Shown: positions 1 through 9,287 of the stretch, in pieces
Position numbering within the stretch: the stretch's first letter is position 1
Layout of the letters: the number at the start of each line of letters is the position of its first letter
Origin: Burkholderiaceae bacterium
Lineage (GTDB): Bacteria; Pseudomonadota; Gammaproteobacteria; Burkholderiales; Burkholderiaceae_D
Length of the DNA stretch: 28,946 bases
NCBI GenBank assembly: GCA_034933385.1
Contig: JAYFNP010000095.1
Coordinates: 1 to 28,946, forward strand
Reading direction: 5' to 3'
Translations under genes and position numbers: made by a program
Notes under the pieces: model-generated
Database searches by the model: none
Told to the model about the DNA's origin: nothing
The model's input: the letters and a program-made list of their open reading frames with translations, nothing else

Positions 1-175
1 CCAGCGCCTGTTCCGTGGTCGTTACTGGCGGGCGAAGATTCGGCATAATGATTGCGCGAGAAAACTGGCGCGCGGAATGTGGCAGGACACTGAACAGTCC
101 GGCGCCGTCGCGCAAGTGAAGATGAAAATCGTCTGGACGAGTAATGGTAATTGTTTGTGGAGCGTAAGCTGACAT
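1..175 (-). CDS. pyrC: Dihydroorotase, 5' part (runs off the left edge)
   Basis: Manual translation from ATG at 175: [58 protein letters not shown], which has the DDxHLHLRDG and MPNLxPP motifs of type II DHOase. AAGGA lies upstream. Not in the ORF track because it is truncated. Confidence 0.93.
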   Translation of the reverse strand, partial: MSAYAPQTITITRPDDFHLHLRDGAGLFSVLPHSARQFSRAIIMPNLRPPVTTTEQAL

Positions 176-271
176 GAGCATTCCTTGTTTGAACATGCGA
201 CAATTTTACTTTAGCCCGTCAAACGTCAAGGCAGGCAAGTGCCCTATGACGCAGAATCTTTGAATATAGTA

Positions 272-348
272 GGGGTATGTATGAAAACTCATAAATTTAT
301 ACAATACGATTTTATATATTTATACTATACACATACCTAGTATATTTT
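272..348 (+). repeat. Conserved ~75-bp intergenic element, copy D (degenerate)
   Basis: GGGGTATG-N4-AAAA ... ACTATAC-N9-GTATATTTT. The right arm is at offset +67 (others +64/+65) and the central GCCAGAT/GCGG blocks are replaced by AT-rich sequence. Confidence 0.6.
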
Positions 349-431
349 TAATTAAACCACCGGCAATAACGCTGTTAGGATCATTTCAGTCATGTTTGAT
401 GTATTTCTTGATGAAAAAATTACACTAAAAA

Positions 432-992
432 ATGGCTAACAGGCTTTCGAAAATCGTTACACGTACCGGTGATGACGGCACGACTGGTATCTGCGATAAC
501 CAAAGAATTGGCAAGGACGGTTTGCGCATACACACCATCGGAGAGGTGGACGAATTGAATTCGATGATAGGTTTGCTTTGCAGCGAACCATTACCGGAAC
601 TGTTGCATAAGGAAATGCAGGCCATACAGCATGATTTGTTTGATCTTGGGGGGGAATTGTCTATGCCAAACCAGACGGTACTGGATGACCGTCATGTTGC
701 AAGGCTGGACGAACTACTACAGAAATACAATGCAGACCTGCCAGCGTTAAAGGAATTCATTTTGCCTGGTGGTTCGCGCCCTGCTTCGCTAGCGCATGTC
801 TGTCGCGCAGTCTGCCGCCGGGCGGAACGTGCCGTGGTCAAACTAGCGCAAGCAGAACCGGTCAATCCGCGTGCAGTGCAATACCTGAACCGCTTGTCGG
901 ATCTGTTTTTCGTGGTGGCGCGTGAACTGAACCGGCAAGCAGAAAAAGAAGAGAAATACTGGGAAAAGTTGCGGCAACAACTGTACAGTTAA
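432..992 (+). CDS. pduO: PduO-type ATP:cob(I)alamin adenosyltransferase
   Basis: N-terminal KIVTRTGDDGTTG ATP-binding motif, GEVDELNS, FILPGG, RAVCRRAER and YLNRLSDLFFV are all typical of the PduO/MMAB family. Confidence 0.92.
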   Translation: MANRLSKIVTRTGDDGTTGICDNQRIGKDGLRIHTIGEVDELNSMIGLLCSEPLPELLHKEMQAIQHDLFDLGGELSMPNQTVLDDRHVARLDELLQKYNADLPALKEFILPGGSRPASLAHVCRAVCRRAERAVVKLAQAEPVNPRAVQYLNRLSDLFFVVARELNRQAEKEEKYWEKLRQQLYS

Positions 993-1019
993 AAAATGGC
1001 GCCATCGGCGCCATTTTTT
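991..1019. terminator. Bidirectional intrinsic terminator between pduO and folE2
   Basis: Perfect hairpin AAAAAATGGCGCC-ATC-GGCGCCATTTTTT giving U-tracts on both strands, between convergent stop codons. Confidence 0.88.
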
Positions 1020-1033
1020 ATCCTGGTCGAGCA

Positions 1034-1927
1034 TCAGCTCCGTTTGTCATTTTCAATCATCGCATACGCTGAATGATTGTGAATCGATTCGAAATTCTCG
1101 GCTTCCAGCGTGTATGCCAACACCCGATCATCGGCGTTTAACATGCCGGCAACATCACGTACCAGGTCTTCGACGAATTTTGGATTGTCGTATGCGCGTT
1201 CAGTGACGAATTTTTCGTCCGGTCGTTTTAAAAGGCCAAACAATTCGCACGATGCCTGCGCTTCAATCTTGGCGATCAGTTCATCGAATGGGAAACTGCC
1301 GGCCAGCACGGTATCAACCTTGATGTGCGAACGCTGGTTATGTGCGCCATAAGCAGCGATTTCCTTCGAACACGGGCACAGGCTGGTTACCGGCACCAGC
1401 ACTTGCTGGGCGATCTCCAGCGAACCATCGTCGCGAATTTCTGCGGTCAGGCCGACTTCATAATCCATCAGGCTTTGAACGCCAGATACCGGCGCAAATT
1501 TTTTAATGAAATAGGGAAAGGAAACTTCTATCCGTCCGCTTTTTACCTCAAGCATTTGAACCATGCTGCGCAGCATCTCGTCAATAACGCTGACATCCAG
1601 CGGCGTCGAATCAGGTTCGACCAGATCTTCCAGCAACGCAATGAAACGCGACATATGCGTGCCCTTCTTGTTTTCAGGCAATTGCACGGTCATGTTCCAG
1701 GTGCCAATAGTGGCTTGCACACCACTTGGCGTTTTCAGGCGGACAGGATAACGCACGCCTTTGACGCCAACACGCTGGATGGCTATATGGCGGGAGTCCG
1801 ATGTATTTTGCACGTCCGGAATACTGGGTTTGGCAGATGTCACGATAGTTTTTGCCTTAATCGGGTCTCGCTGGGCTTTTGCCGTGCTGTCATCATAGTC
1901 GGTAATGGTACGGTCGCGGGAGTTCAT
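1034..1927 (-). CDS. folE2: GTP cyclohydrolase IB (FolE2)
   Basis: [43 protein letters not shown] and [10 protein letters not shown] motifs. The start is uncertain: ATG at 1927 was chosen over the TTG at 1978 in the track. Confidence 0.92.
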   Translation of the reverse strand: MNSRDRTITDYDDSTAKAQRDPIKAKTIVTSAKPSIPDVQNTSDSRHIAIQRVGVKGVRYPVRLKTPSGVQATIGTWNMTVQLPENKKGTHMSRFIALLEDLVEPDSTPLDVSVIDEMLRSMVQMLEVKSGRIEVSFPYFIKKFAPVSGVQSLMDYEVGLTAEIRDDGSLEIAQQVLVPVTSLCPCSKEIAAYGAHNQRSHIKVDTVLAGSFPFDELIAKIEAQASCELFGLLKRPDEKFVTERAYDNPKFVEDLVRDVAGMLNADDRVLAYTLEAENFESIHNHSAYAMIENDKRS

Positions 1928-1974
1928 GTGCCTGTCAGTATGGTCGCAAATCCTGTCATGCGGTTTTTCAGGAT

Positions 1975-3840
1975 TCAATTATTGACGACCAGTTTTGGTC
2001 CGTCATTCAAAAAACGCTGCCGGATGGCTGTCGCAATGCCGCTGGCGTCCAGTCCGCACATAGCCAGCAGTTGTGTCACATCGCCATGGTCAATGAACCG
2101 GTCAGGCAATCCAAGCTGCAAAAGGGGTTTCTCAATGCCCGCCTCCGCCAGCACTTCCGCCACTGCCGAACCGGCACCACCCATGATGCAACCCTCCTCG
2201 ACGGTTACCAGAGCGTCATGGCTCAATGCCAGTTGGAGTACAAGCTCTTTATCCAGCGGCTTGACGAAGCGCATGTTGGCCACGGTTGCATCCAGCGTTT
2301 CCGCCGCACCAAGCGCAGGAGCGACCATCGTTCCAAAGGCAAAAATCACGACTCCACGGCCAGTGCGGCGAATTTCGCCCTTGCCAATCGGAATGGTATC
2401 CAGATCGCGCTCGACCGCAGCACCGATGCCGGCGCCACGCGGATAACGCACCGAAGCGGGCCCATTATAGTGGAATGCGGTCGAAAGCATCCGGCGACAC
2501 TCGTTTTCATCCGAGGCCGCCATGACGACCATATTGGGTATGCAACGCATGAACGCCATATCGTAGCTGCCGGCATGCGTTGCGCCGTCGGCGCCAACCA
2601 GACCGGAGCGATCGAGCGCAAAGGTGACATCCAGGTTTTGCAATGCAACGTCGTGGATCAATTGGTCATAGGCGCGTTGCAGGAACGTCGAATAAATAGC
2701 CACCACCGGTTTCATGCCTTCGCAGGCGAGACCGGCAGCAAAGGTGACTGCATGCTGTTCGGCAATGCCGACATCGTAATAACGGTCCGGATACTGCTGT
2801 TCGAATTCAACCAGGCCGGAACCTTCACGCATTGCCGGCGTAATGCCTATCAGGCGTTCATCCTGAGCGGCCATGTCGCAAAGCCAGTCGCCAAACACAC
2901 GGGTATAGGTCAATTTTTTGCTGACGGACGGCAGGATGCCCTCGGCCGGACTGAACTTGCCGAGGCCGTGATACAGGATCGGGTCGGCTTCGGCCAATTT
3001 GTAGCCCTGCCCTTTCTTGGTGACCACGTGCAGGAATACCGGCCCCTTGATTTTGCGGATGTTCTGCATGATCGGGATCAGCGCGTTCAAATCGTGACCA
3101 TCGATCGGGCCAAAATACTTGAAACCGAATTCCTCAAATACCGTTGCCGGTGCAATCACCATTTTCGCCTGAGTTTCCAGACGTTTGGCGATGTCGGCCA
3201 CCGGCTTCGGCAGCACGGTTTTGGCGACATTTTTGGCAGCAGCGTAAAACTTGCCGGACATCAGGCGTGAGAAATAGCGGTTGAGCGCACCGACCGGCGG
3301 TGAAATCGACATGTCGTTATCGTTCAGTACCACCAGCAAGTTGATGTCGTCATAAACGCCGGCGTTGTTCAATGCTTCGAAAGCCATGCCGCCGGTAATC
3401 GCACCGTCGCCAATGACTGCGATCGAATGGCGATCTTCGCCTTTGCTCCTGGCAGCCAGCGCCATGCCGAGCGCGGCCGATATCGATGTCGATGAATGGG
3501 CGGTGCCGAATGCGTCGTATTCGCTTTCATCGCGCTTGGGAAAGCCGGACATGCCGCCGATCTGGCGCAAGGTGCGCATCTTCTCGCGACGACCAGTCAG
3601 AATCTTGTGCGGATAGGTTTGATGCCCGACATCCCACAGCAGCCGATCCTCAGGGGTATTGAACACATAATGCAGTGCCACCGTCAGCTCGATCACCCCG
3701 AGGTTGGACGACAAATGTCCACCAGTGCGGGATACCGAGTTCAGCACAAAATCGCGCAATTCATCGGTCAACTGCGCCAACTCGAGTCGCGTCAATTGAC
3801 GCAGATCGGCCGGGCTGTCGATGTCATTCAGCAAACTCAT
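1975..3840 (-). CDS. dxs: 1-deoxy-D-xylulose-5-phosphate synthase
   Basis: From ATG at 3840 ([14 protein letters not shown]): [57 protein letters not shown]. Confidence 0.96.
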   Translation of the reverse strand: MSLLNDIDSPADLRQLTRLELAQLTDELRDFVLNSVSRTGGHLSSNLGVIELTVALHYVFNTPEDRLLWDVGHQTYPHKILTGRREKMRTLRQIGGMSGFPKRDESEYDAFGTAHSSTSISAALGMALAARSKGEDRHSIAVIGDGAITGGMAFEALNNAGVYDDINLLVVLNDNDMSISPPVGALNRYFSRLMSGKFYAAAKNVAKTVLPKPVADIAKRLETQAKMVIAPATVFEEFGFKYFGPIDGHDLNALIPIMQNIRKIKGPVFLHVVTKKGQGYKLAEADPILYHGLGKFSPAEGILPSVSKKLTYTRVFGDWLCDMAAQDERLIGITPAMREGSGLVEFEQQYPDRYYDVGIAEQHAVTFAAGLACEGMKPVVAIYSTFLQRAYDQLIHDVALQNLDVTFALDRSGLVGADGATHAGSYDMAFMRCIPNMVVMAASDENECRRMLSTAFHYNGPASVRYPRGAGIGAAVERDLDTIPIGKGEIRRTGRGVVIFAFGTMVAPALGAAETLDATVANMRFVKPLDKELVLQLALSHDALVTVEEGCIMGGAGSAVAEVLAEAGIEKPLLQLGLPDRFIDHGDVTQLLAMCGLDASGIATAIRQRFLNDGPKLVVNN

Positions 3841-3844
3841 ATAT

Positions 3845-4738
3845 TCATGCCTTACGGCGTACCACCAGATCGGCAATCTGATGCAAGCGCTCCGCCTTGC
3901 TGCCGAATGAAACCAGTGCGGCATGCGCGTATGCGCACAATTTGTCCACCAGCTGGCGGGAGGGTTCCAGACCGAGGATTGACACATAGGTTGGCTTGCC
4001 ATCGGTCGCATCCTTGCCAGCCGTCTTGCCGAGTGTTGTCGAATCTGCGGTCGCATCCAGAATGTCGTCGATTATCTGGAAAGCCAAACCAATTGCGTTT
4101 GCATACGTTTCCAGCGCGGCGTCTTCGTCTGCACTGAGTGTTTTGCCGCACAATGCGCCCAAAAAAACTGCTGCACGCAACAACGCGCCGGTTTTCAGCC
4201 GGTGCATCTGTTCCAGTTCCGCCAGCGACAGCGATTTGCCGACACTGGCCAGATCAATTGCCTGACCGCCGCACATGCCCGCGGAACCGGCTGCTTTCGC
4301 CAATAGCCGCACCATCGCCAGCGTACGGGTTGCATCGCCATTGCCTTCTGACAAGACCGAAAAGGCCTGCGTCTGCAGCGCATCCCCGACCAGCAGTGCG
4401 GTAGCTTCGTCATACTGCACGTGGACCGTCGGTTTGCCGCGCCGCAGCACGTCATCGTCCATGCACGGCATGTCATCATGCACCAGTGAATAGACGTGAA
4501 TCATTTCAACCGCAGTGGCGGCACGCGCCAGTAATTCCGGATCGGCTTCTGACAAGGCACCAGCAGCAAATACCAGCAACGGGCGCACCCGCTTGCCGCC
4601 CCCCAGTGCGGTATAGCGCATCGCCTGATGCAATCTGGTCGGCCTTTGCTCTGCCGGCGGCAAAAAAACCGACAGCGCGTCTTCGACAGCACGCTGGTTC
4701 GACTGCATCCAATGATCGAAGCTTGGTGTCATAGTCAC
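3845..4738 (-). CDS. ispA: Farnesyl diphosphate synthase / geranyltranstransferase
   Basis: [27 protein letters not shown] (FARM), [14 protein letters not shown] (SARM), TLGKTAGKD. The GTG start overlaps the xseB TGA. Confidence 0.95.
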   Translation of the reverse strand: MTMTPSFDHWMQSNQRAVEDALSVFLPPAEQRPTRLHQAMRYTALGGGKRVRPLLVFAAGALSEADPELLARAATAVEMIHVYSLVHDDMPCMDDDVLRRGKPTVHVQYDEATALLVGDALQTQAFSVLSEGNGDATRTLAMVRLLAKAAGSAGMCGGQAIDLASVGKSLSLAELEQMHRLKTGALLRAAVFLGALCGKTLSADEDAALETYANAIGLAFQIIDDILDATADSTTLGKTAGKDATDGKPTYVSILGLEPSRQLVDKLCAYAHAALVSFGSKAERLHQIADLVVRRKA

Positions 4739-4986
4739 TCTTCAGCCTCGGCGGCGTTGGCCATGAACGGCATGAGTATTTCGCCTTCCAGCACCTTGAC
4801 CTGATTTTCTATTTGATCCAGTTGCCCGGAGCAGAATTTGACCAGTTCCGCGCCACGCTGGTACGCCGCAAGTGATGCATCCAGCGGCAAATCACCTGCT
4901 TCCATTTTGGAGACAAGTTGCTTCAATTCGGCTATCGCTTCTTCAAACGATGCCGGCAATCCTGCGACAGAGGATTTTTTTGACAT
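4735..4986 (-). CDS. xseB: Exodeoxyribonuclease VII small subunit
   Basis: SFEEAIAELKQLVSKMEAGDLPLDASLAAYQRGAELVKFC; canonical xseB-ispA-dxs order. Confidence 0.93.
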   Translation of the reverse strand: MSKKSSVAGLPASFEEAIAELKQLVSKMEAGDLPLDASLAAYQRGAELVKFCSGQLDQIENQVKVLEGEILMPFMANAAEAEE

Positions 4987-5290
4987 AATCGGCTGGAAAT
5001 TGTGCTCAGGCGGCCATTGTAAAGCAAACAGCTTGTTGGTTTTGGCCGGACGTCAGGCGCAATTAATAGACCCGATGATCCTGCCTCTTGTGGCAAAGCC
5101 ATTTGCACAGCAAGACAAGGGCTGATTTGATGCGGTTGTTCATGATTCAGGTAATTCGTAAAATCCGATATTATAGCGGGCTTTAGTTGGCTATCAGCAA
5201 TAACTAAGGAGTATTATCACCGGTTCCAGCGTTGTCGAGTACTTTTTCCCGACGCCCGTTTTGATTCTACTCTTCTGAACGACACCCTGC

Positions 5291-6244
5291 ATGCACTCAC
5301 TCTGGATGCTTTTTGCCACGTTCCTGTTCTCGCTGATGGGCGTGTGCGTAAAATTCGTGTCCGAAGGGTATTCCACCGTCGAGATTGTGATGTATCGCAG
5401 CTTGATCGGTGTCGTGGTGATTGGCGTGCTCATGACCGTGCGCGGCGCCGCCTTCAAGACGCGCTTTCCGCTTGCCCATCTATGGCGTGGCGTGGTTGGC
5501 GCGACGGCGTTCGGCTTGTGGTTTTTTTCGATGGCGAAATTGCCATTGGCGACGGCGATGACGCTGAACTACATGTCGCCGATCTGGATCGCTGCGATCC
5601 TGTTCGGCATCGGCTGGTGGCGCGGCAAGACCCATTTTGAGTGGCGGCTGGTGGCGGCAGTACTGGCCAGTTTTGTCGGCGTCGCGCTGCTATTGAGACC
5701 GTCGATCCATGCAGATCAACTGCTCTGGGGGCTGATTGGCCTGATTTCCGGCATGCTGGCCTCGTTGGCCTATCTACAGGTGCGCCAGCTCGGCATTCTC
5801 GGCGAACCGGAAGACCGGGTGGTGTTTTACTTTTGCATTACCGGCACGATCGGCGGCGCCATAGCCTGCTGGATCGGCGCGTTGCTGCCTGGTAGCGATG
5901 GCGTGGTCTGGCATGCGCACGACTTCAAGGGCTTCGCGTTGCTGACGGCAATCGGCGTCTTTGCTGCGGTCGGGCAGATGGCCATGACGCGCGCCTATCA
6001 TCTTGGGAAAACGCTGGTGACCGCCAATCTGCAATACACCGGTATCGTGTTTTCCAGCATTTGGGGCATTCTGATCTGGGATGACCGCCTCGGCTGGCTT
6101 GGCTGGCTCGGCATGGCGATCATTATCTTGAGCGGCGTCGCGGCGACCTTTTTTGACGTGCGTCACAAGCCGGCGGCCGCATTTTCGGCCGCAAAAGACC
6201 TGCTGGCGGACGCCAAGGCAGACAAAGACGTCGCCGGCGTTTGA
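5291..6244 (+). CDS. DMT/EamA family transporter
   Basis: 317 aa with about 10 hydrophobic segments, two EamA-like repeats and PLATAMTLNYMSPIW / MTRAY..G motifs. Confidence 0.85.
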   Translation: MHSLWMLFATFLFSLMGVCVKFVSEGYSTVEIVMYRSLIGVVVIGVLMTVRGAAFKTRFPLAHLWRGVVGATAFGLWFFSMAKLPLATAMTLNYMSPIWIAAILFGIGWWRGKTHFEWRLVAAVLASFVGVALLLRPSIHADQLLWGLIGLISGMLASLAYLQVRQLGILGEPEDRVVFYFCITGTIGGAIACWIGALLPGSDGVVWHAHDFKGFALLTAIGVFAAVGQMAMTRAYHLGKTLVTANLQYTGIVFSSIWGILIWDDRLGWLGWLGMAIIILSGVAATFFDVRHKPAAAFSAAKDLLADAKADKDVAGV

Positions 6245-6291
6245 TTTCACGCCATTCGGCAAGGGCGGCGTGCGAATAGAAACGCCAATAA

Positions 6292-6300
6292 TGGTATGAT
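6292..6300 (+). promoter_or_regulatory. Extended -10 promoter for the SAH riboswitch/ahcY leader
   Basis: TGgTATGAT immediately before the riboswitch, predicting a start site near 6307. Confidence 0.55.
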
Positions 6301-6308
6301 CTCGGGAT

Positions 6309-6382
6309 TCCGAGGAGCGTTGCGACACGTCATCGATGACGTTGCCAGGCTCGGATTTGTTTTTTTATGCAACGGCGCTCAC
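6309..6382 (+). ncRNA. SAH riboswitch aptamer
   Basis: tccGAGGAGCGTTGCGAC...P2 palindrome ACGTCATCGATGACGT...CCAGGCTCGGA...CAACGGCGCTCAC matches the SAH riboswitch consensus (P1 plus GAGCG/CGCTC pseudoknot), directly upstream of ahcY. Confidence 0.92.
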
Positions 6383-6420
6383 GTAACTTTTTTCAGATTG
6401 ACAACGAAAGGAGAAGCGTG

Positions 6421-7827
6421 ATGACAACTGCACGCAAAGACGACTACCAGATTGCCGACATCGCCCTGGCCGAATGGGGCGACAAAGAAATCCGCATTGC
6501 CGAAACCGAAATGCCCGGCCTGATGGCGATTCGCGAAGAATTCGCCGCCAGCCAGCCGCTGAAGGGCGCGCGCATCACCGGTTCGCTGCACATGACCATC
6601 CAGACCGCGGTACTGATCCAGACGCTCGAAGCACTGGGTGCGCAGGTGCGCTGGGCGTCGTGCAACATTTTCTCGACCCAGGATCATGCCGCCGCTGCGG
6701 TGGCCGCCTGTGGCACGCCAGTGTTTGCCATCAAAGGCGAATCGCTGGACGATTACTGGGAATACACGCACCGCATTTTCGAATGGCCGGACGGTGGCTA
6801 CTCGAACATGATCCTCGATGACGGCGGCGATGCGACGCTGTTGCTGCACCTCGGCCAGCGCGCCGAGAAAGACAAATCGGTACTCGACAAGCCGAGTTGC
6901 GAAGAGGAAATTTGCCTGTTTAACGCGATCAAGCGTTACCTGGCGAAAGACGGCAGCTGGTATTCGAAACGGATCGGCGAGATCAAGGGCGTCACCGAAG
7001 AAACCACCACCGGCGTCCATCGCCTGTACCAGATGCACAAGGAAGGCAAGCTGGCATTCCCGGCGATTAACGTTAACGATTCAGTAACGAAATCGAAATT
7101 CGACAACCTGTACGGCTGCCGCGAATCGCTGGTTGACGGCATCAAGCGCGCGACCGACGTGATGATCGCCGGCAAGGTGGCGGTCGTCTGCGGTTACGGC
7201 GATGTCGGCAAGGGCTGTGCGCAAGCTTTGCGCGCGCTGTCCGCCCAGGTCTGGGTGACCGAAGTCGATCCGATTTGCGCGCTGCAAGCCGCAATGGAAG
7301 GTTACCGCGTGGTGACCATGGAATATGCTGCCGAACAGGCGGACATTTTCGTCACGGCGACCGGCAACTTCCATGTGATCGCGCACGATCATATGGTGAA
7401 GATGAAAGATCAGGCAATCGTCTGCAACATCGGCCACTTCGACAGCGAAATCGACGTTGCGTCAATGAAGCAGTACAAATGGGAAAACATCAAGCCGCAG
7501 GTTGACCACATCATCCTGCCGTCGGGCAACCGCATCATCCTGCTGGCCGAAGGCCGGCTGGTAAACCTTGGCTGCGGCACGGGTCATCCGTCGTACGTGA
7601 TGAGTTCGTCGTTCGCGAACCAGACGATTGCGCAGATCGAGCTGTACACCAACACCAAGTCCTATCCGGTTGGCGTGTACACGCTGCCCAAACATCTGGA
7701 CGAAAAGGTCGCGCGCCTGCAGCTGAAGAAACTGAATGCGCAGCTGACGACGCTGACGGCGGCACAGGCAGCGTACATCGGTGTGTCGGTCAATGGGCCG
7801 TACAAGCCGAACCATTACCGCTACTGA
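6421..7827 (+). CDS. ahcY: Adenosylhomocysteinase
   Basis: [78 protein letters not shown] at 6409-6413 supports ATG 6421. Confidence 0.97.
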   Translation: MTTARKDDYQIADIALAEWGDKEIRIAETEMPGLMAIREEFAASQPLKGARITGSLHMTIQTAVLIQTLEALGAQVRWASCNIFSTQDHAAAAVAACGTPVFAIKGESLDDYWEYTHRIFEWPDGGYSNMILDDGGDATLLLHLGQRAEKDKSVLDKPSCEEEICLFNAIKRYLAKDGSWYSKRIGEIKGVTEETTTGVHRLYQMHKEGKLAFPAINVNDSVTKSKFDNLYGCRESLVDGIKRATDVMIAGKVAVVCGYGDVGKGCAQALRALSAQVWVTEVDPICALQAAMEGYRVVTMEYAAEQADIFVTATGNFHVIAHDHMVKMKDQAIVCNIGHFDSEIDVASMKQYKWENIKPQVDHIILPSGNRIILLAEGRLVNLGCGTGHPSYVMSSSFANQTIAQIELYTNTKSYPVGVYTLPKHLDEKVARLQLKKLNAQLTTLTAAQAAYIGVSVNGPYKPNHYRY

Positions 7828-7882
7828 TGCACCTGGCCCCTGCCGTTTTGGCGGGGGCGCTTCGTCCCAACGGAAAGGCACC

Positions 7883-8224
7883 ATGCGACTGCTCATACTC
7901 TGGGTTATCAACGCCGCTGCGCTGCTGGCGCTTCCCTACCTGATGGATTCCATTCAGCTCGGCGGCATCGGCTCGGCACTGATCGCTGCGGCGATTCTCG
8001 GACTGGTGAATACGCTGGTTCGGCCGGTCCTGCTGGTGTTGACCTTGCCGGTGACGTTCCTGACGCTGGGGCTGTTCATTTTCGTGGTCAATGGCCTGAC
8101 TTTCTGGCTGGTGGCGCAAATGGTCAGCGGTTTTCATGTGGCCAGCTTCTGGTCGGCGGTCGGCGGCGCACTGCTTTACAGTATTATTTCGTGGGCTCTG
8201 TCCACGCTGATTTTGAGAGAATAA
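7883..8224 (+). CDS. 4-TM 'phage holin family' (YvlD/DUF360-like) membrane protein
   Basis: MRLLILWVINAAALL...LGLVNTLVRPVL..LTLPVTFLTLGLFIFVVNG; commonly found between ahcY and metF in Burkholderiales. Confidence 0.85.
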   Translation: MRLLILWVINAAALLALPYLMDSIQLGGIGSALIAAAILGLVNTLVRPVLLVLTLPVTFLTLGLFIFVVNGLTFWLVAQMVSGFHVASFWSAVGGALLYSIISWALSTLILRE

Positions 8225-9070
8225 ATGGCTCAACCTTACTTCAGCATTGAATTTTTTCCGCCCAAGACGCTTGAGGGCGTGGCAAGCCTGCGGGCCGAAC
8301 GCAACTTGCTGGCGGCGCAAGGGGCAAAATATTATTCGGTCACGCTGGGTGCGGGCGGCTCTGCTCGCTATGGCAACAGCGATACCGTCACGGAAATCCA
8401 CAACGAGGGCCGCGAAGCCGCACCGCACTTGCTGTGCATCGGTTCGCAACGCGAAGCCATTCTGACGCGACTCAAGGAATATCAGGCGCAGGGCATTCGG
8501 CATCTGGTCGCGCTGCGTGGTGATTTGCCGGCGGGCGAGGAACGTGCGCGCGGCGAGTTCCATTACGCGAACGAGCTGGTCGAATTCATCCGCAAGGAAA
8601 CTGGCGACTGGTTCAAGATCGACATTGCCGCCTATCCGGAAATGCATCCGCAGGCGCCCTCGCCGCAAGTCGACCTGAAAAATTTCGTGCGCAAGGCCAA
8701 GGCTGGCGCCGATACCGCGATCACGCAATATTTTTACAACGCGGATGCATATTTCCGCTTCGTCGACAATGCGCGCAAAGCCGGCGTGACCATTCCGATC
8801 GTGCCCGGCATCATGCCAATCACGAATTACATACAGCTGGCCGGCTTTTCCGAGAAGGTCGGTGCGGAAATTCCGCGCTGGTTGCGCCTGAAGCTGGAAA
8901 GTTATGGCGACGATCTCGACTCGATCCGGGATTTTGGGCTGGATGTGGTCACCGAATTATGCGAGCGTTTGCAGGCCGGTGGCGCGCCCGGCTTCCATTT
9001 TTACAGCCTGAACCGCGCCAGTTCGGTTGTTGCAATATGGCAACGTCTTTCCCAGAGGGCGCCGAAATAA
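8225..9070 (+). CDS. metF: 5,10-methylenetetrahydrofolate reductase
   Basis: FSIEFFPPKT, ALRGD, AAYPEMHPQA, AITQYFYN, PGIMPITN and PGFHFYSLN motifs. Confidence 0.93.
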   Translation: MAQPYFSIEFFPPKTLEGVASLRAERNLLAAQGAKYYSVTLGAGGSARYGNSDTVTEIHNEGREAAPHLLCIGSQREAILTRLKEYQAQGIRHLVALRGDLPAGEERARGEFHYANELVEFIRKETGDWFKIDIAAYPEMHPQAPSPQVDLKNFVRKAKAGADTAITQYFYNADAYFRFVDNARKAGVTIPIVPGIMPITNYIQLAGFSEKVGAEIPRWLRLKLESYGDDLDSIRDFGLDVVTELCERLQAGGAPGFHFYSLNRASSVVAIWQRLSQRAPK

Positions 9071-9075
9071 TTCTA

Positions 9076-9149
9076 GGGTATAAGGAAAAATCAGCAAGTA
9101 TGGCCAGATAAAAAGCGGTGTGTAAAATATACTGCCTATAGTATATTTT
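9076..9149 (+). repeat. Conserved ~75-bp intergenic element, copy A
   Basis: GGGTATA at 9076, GCCAGAT at 9103 (+27), GCGG at 9115 (+39), perfect AAAATATAC-TGCCTATA-GTATATTTT at 9124-9149 (right arm +65). Confidence 0.88.
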
Positions 9150-9287
9150 GGCGGTGTCCGGCGCCGTCATCGGAACCGAGCCGCTTTGACGCGCTCCAGA
9201 CACAAAGCAGGGCTTTTCTGCCAGAATGCAGACGCAGATGTCGAATCGTCAATTTCACGGCAAAAAAATTTCTAGAACGGGTTTGAC

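Noticed and set aside
5149-5217. Possible seventh, degenerate element copy (AGGTAAT-N4-AAAA ... AATAAC-TAAGGA-GTATT)
   Set aside because: The right arm is at +62, the spacer is 6 bp rather than 8, and the GCCAGAT block is missing. It is better explained by divergent -10 hexamers (TAAAAT on +, TATAAT on -) for the EamA gene and xseB. Worth rescoring with a PWM.
7883-8224. Prophage remnant suggested by the 'phage holin family' gene
   Set aside because: This membrane protein is a routine ahcY-metF neighbour, and no other phage genes are present.
9101-9118. Sigma54 promoter in the TGGCCAGAT...GC block of the element
   Set aside because: GG and GC are separated by 11 bp, whereas sigma54 requires 10.
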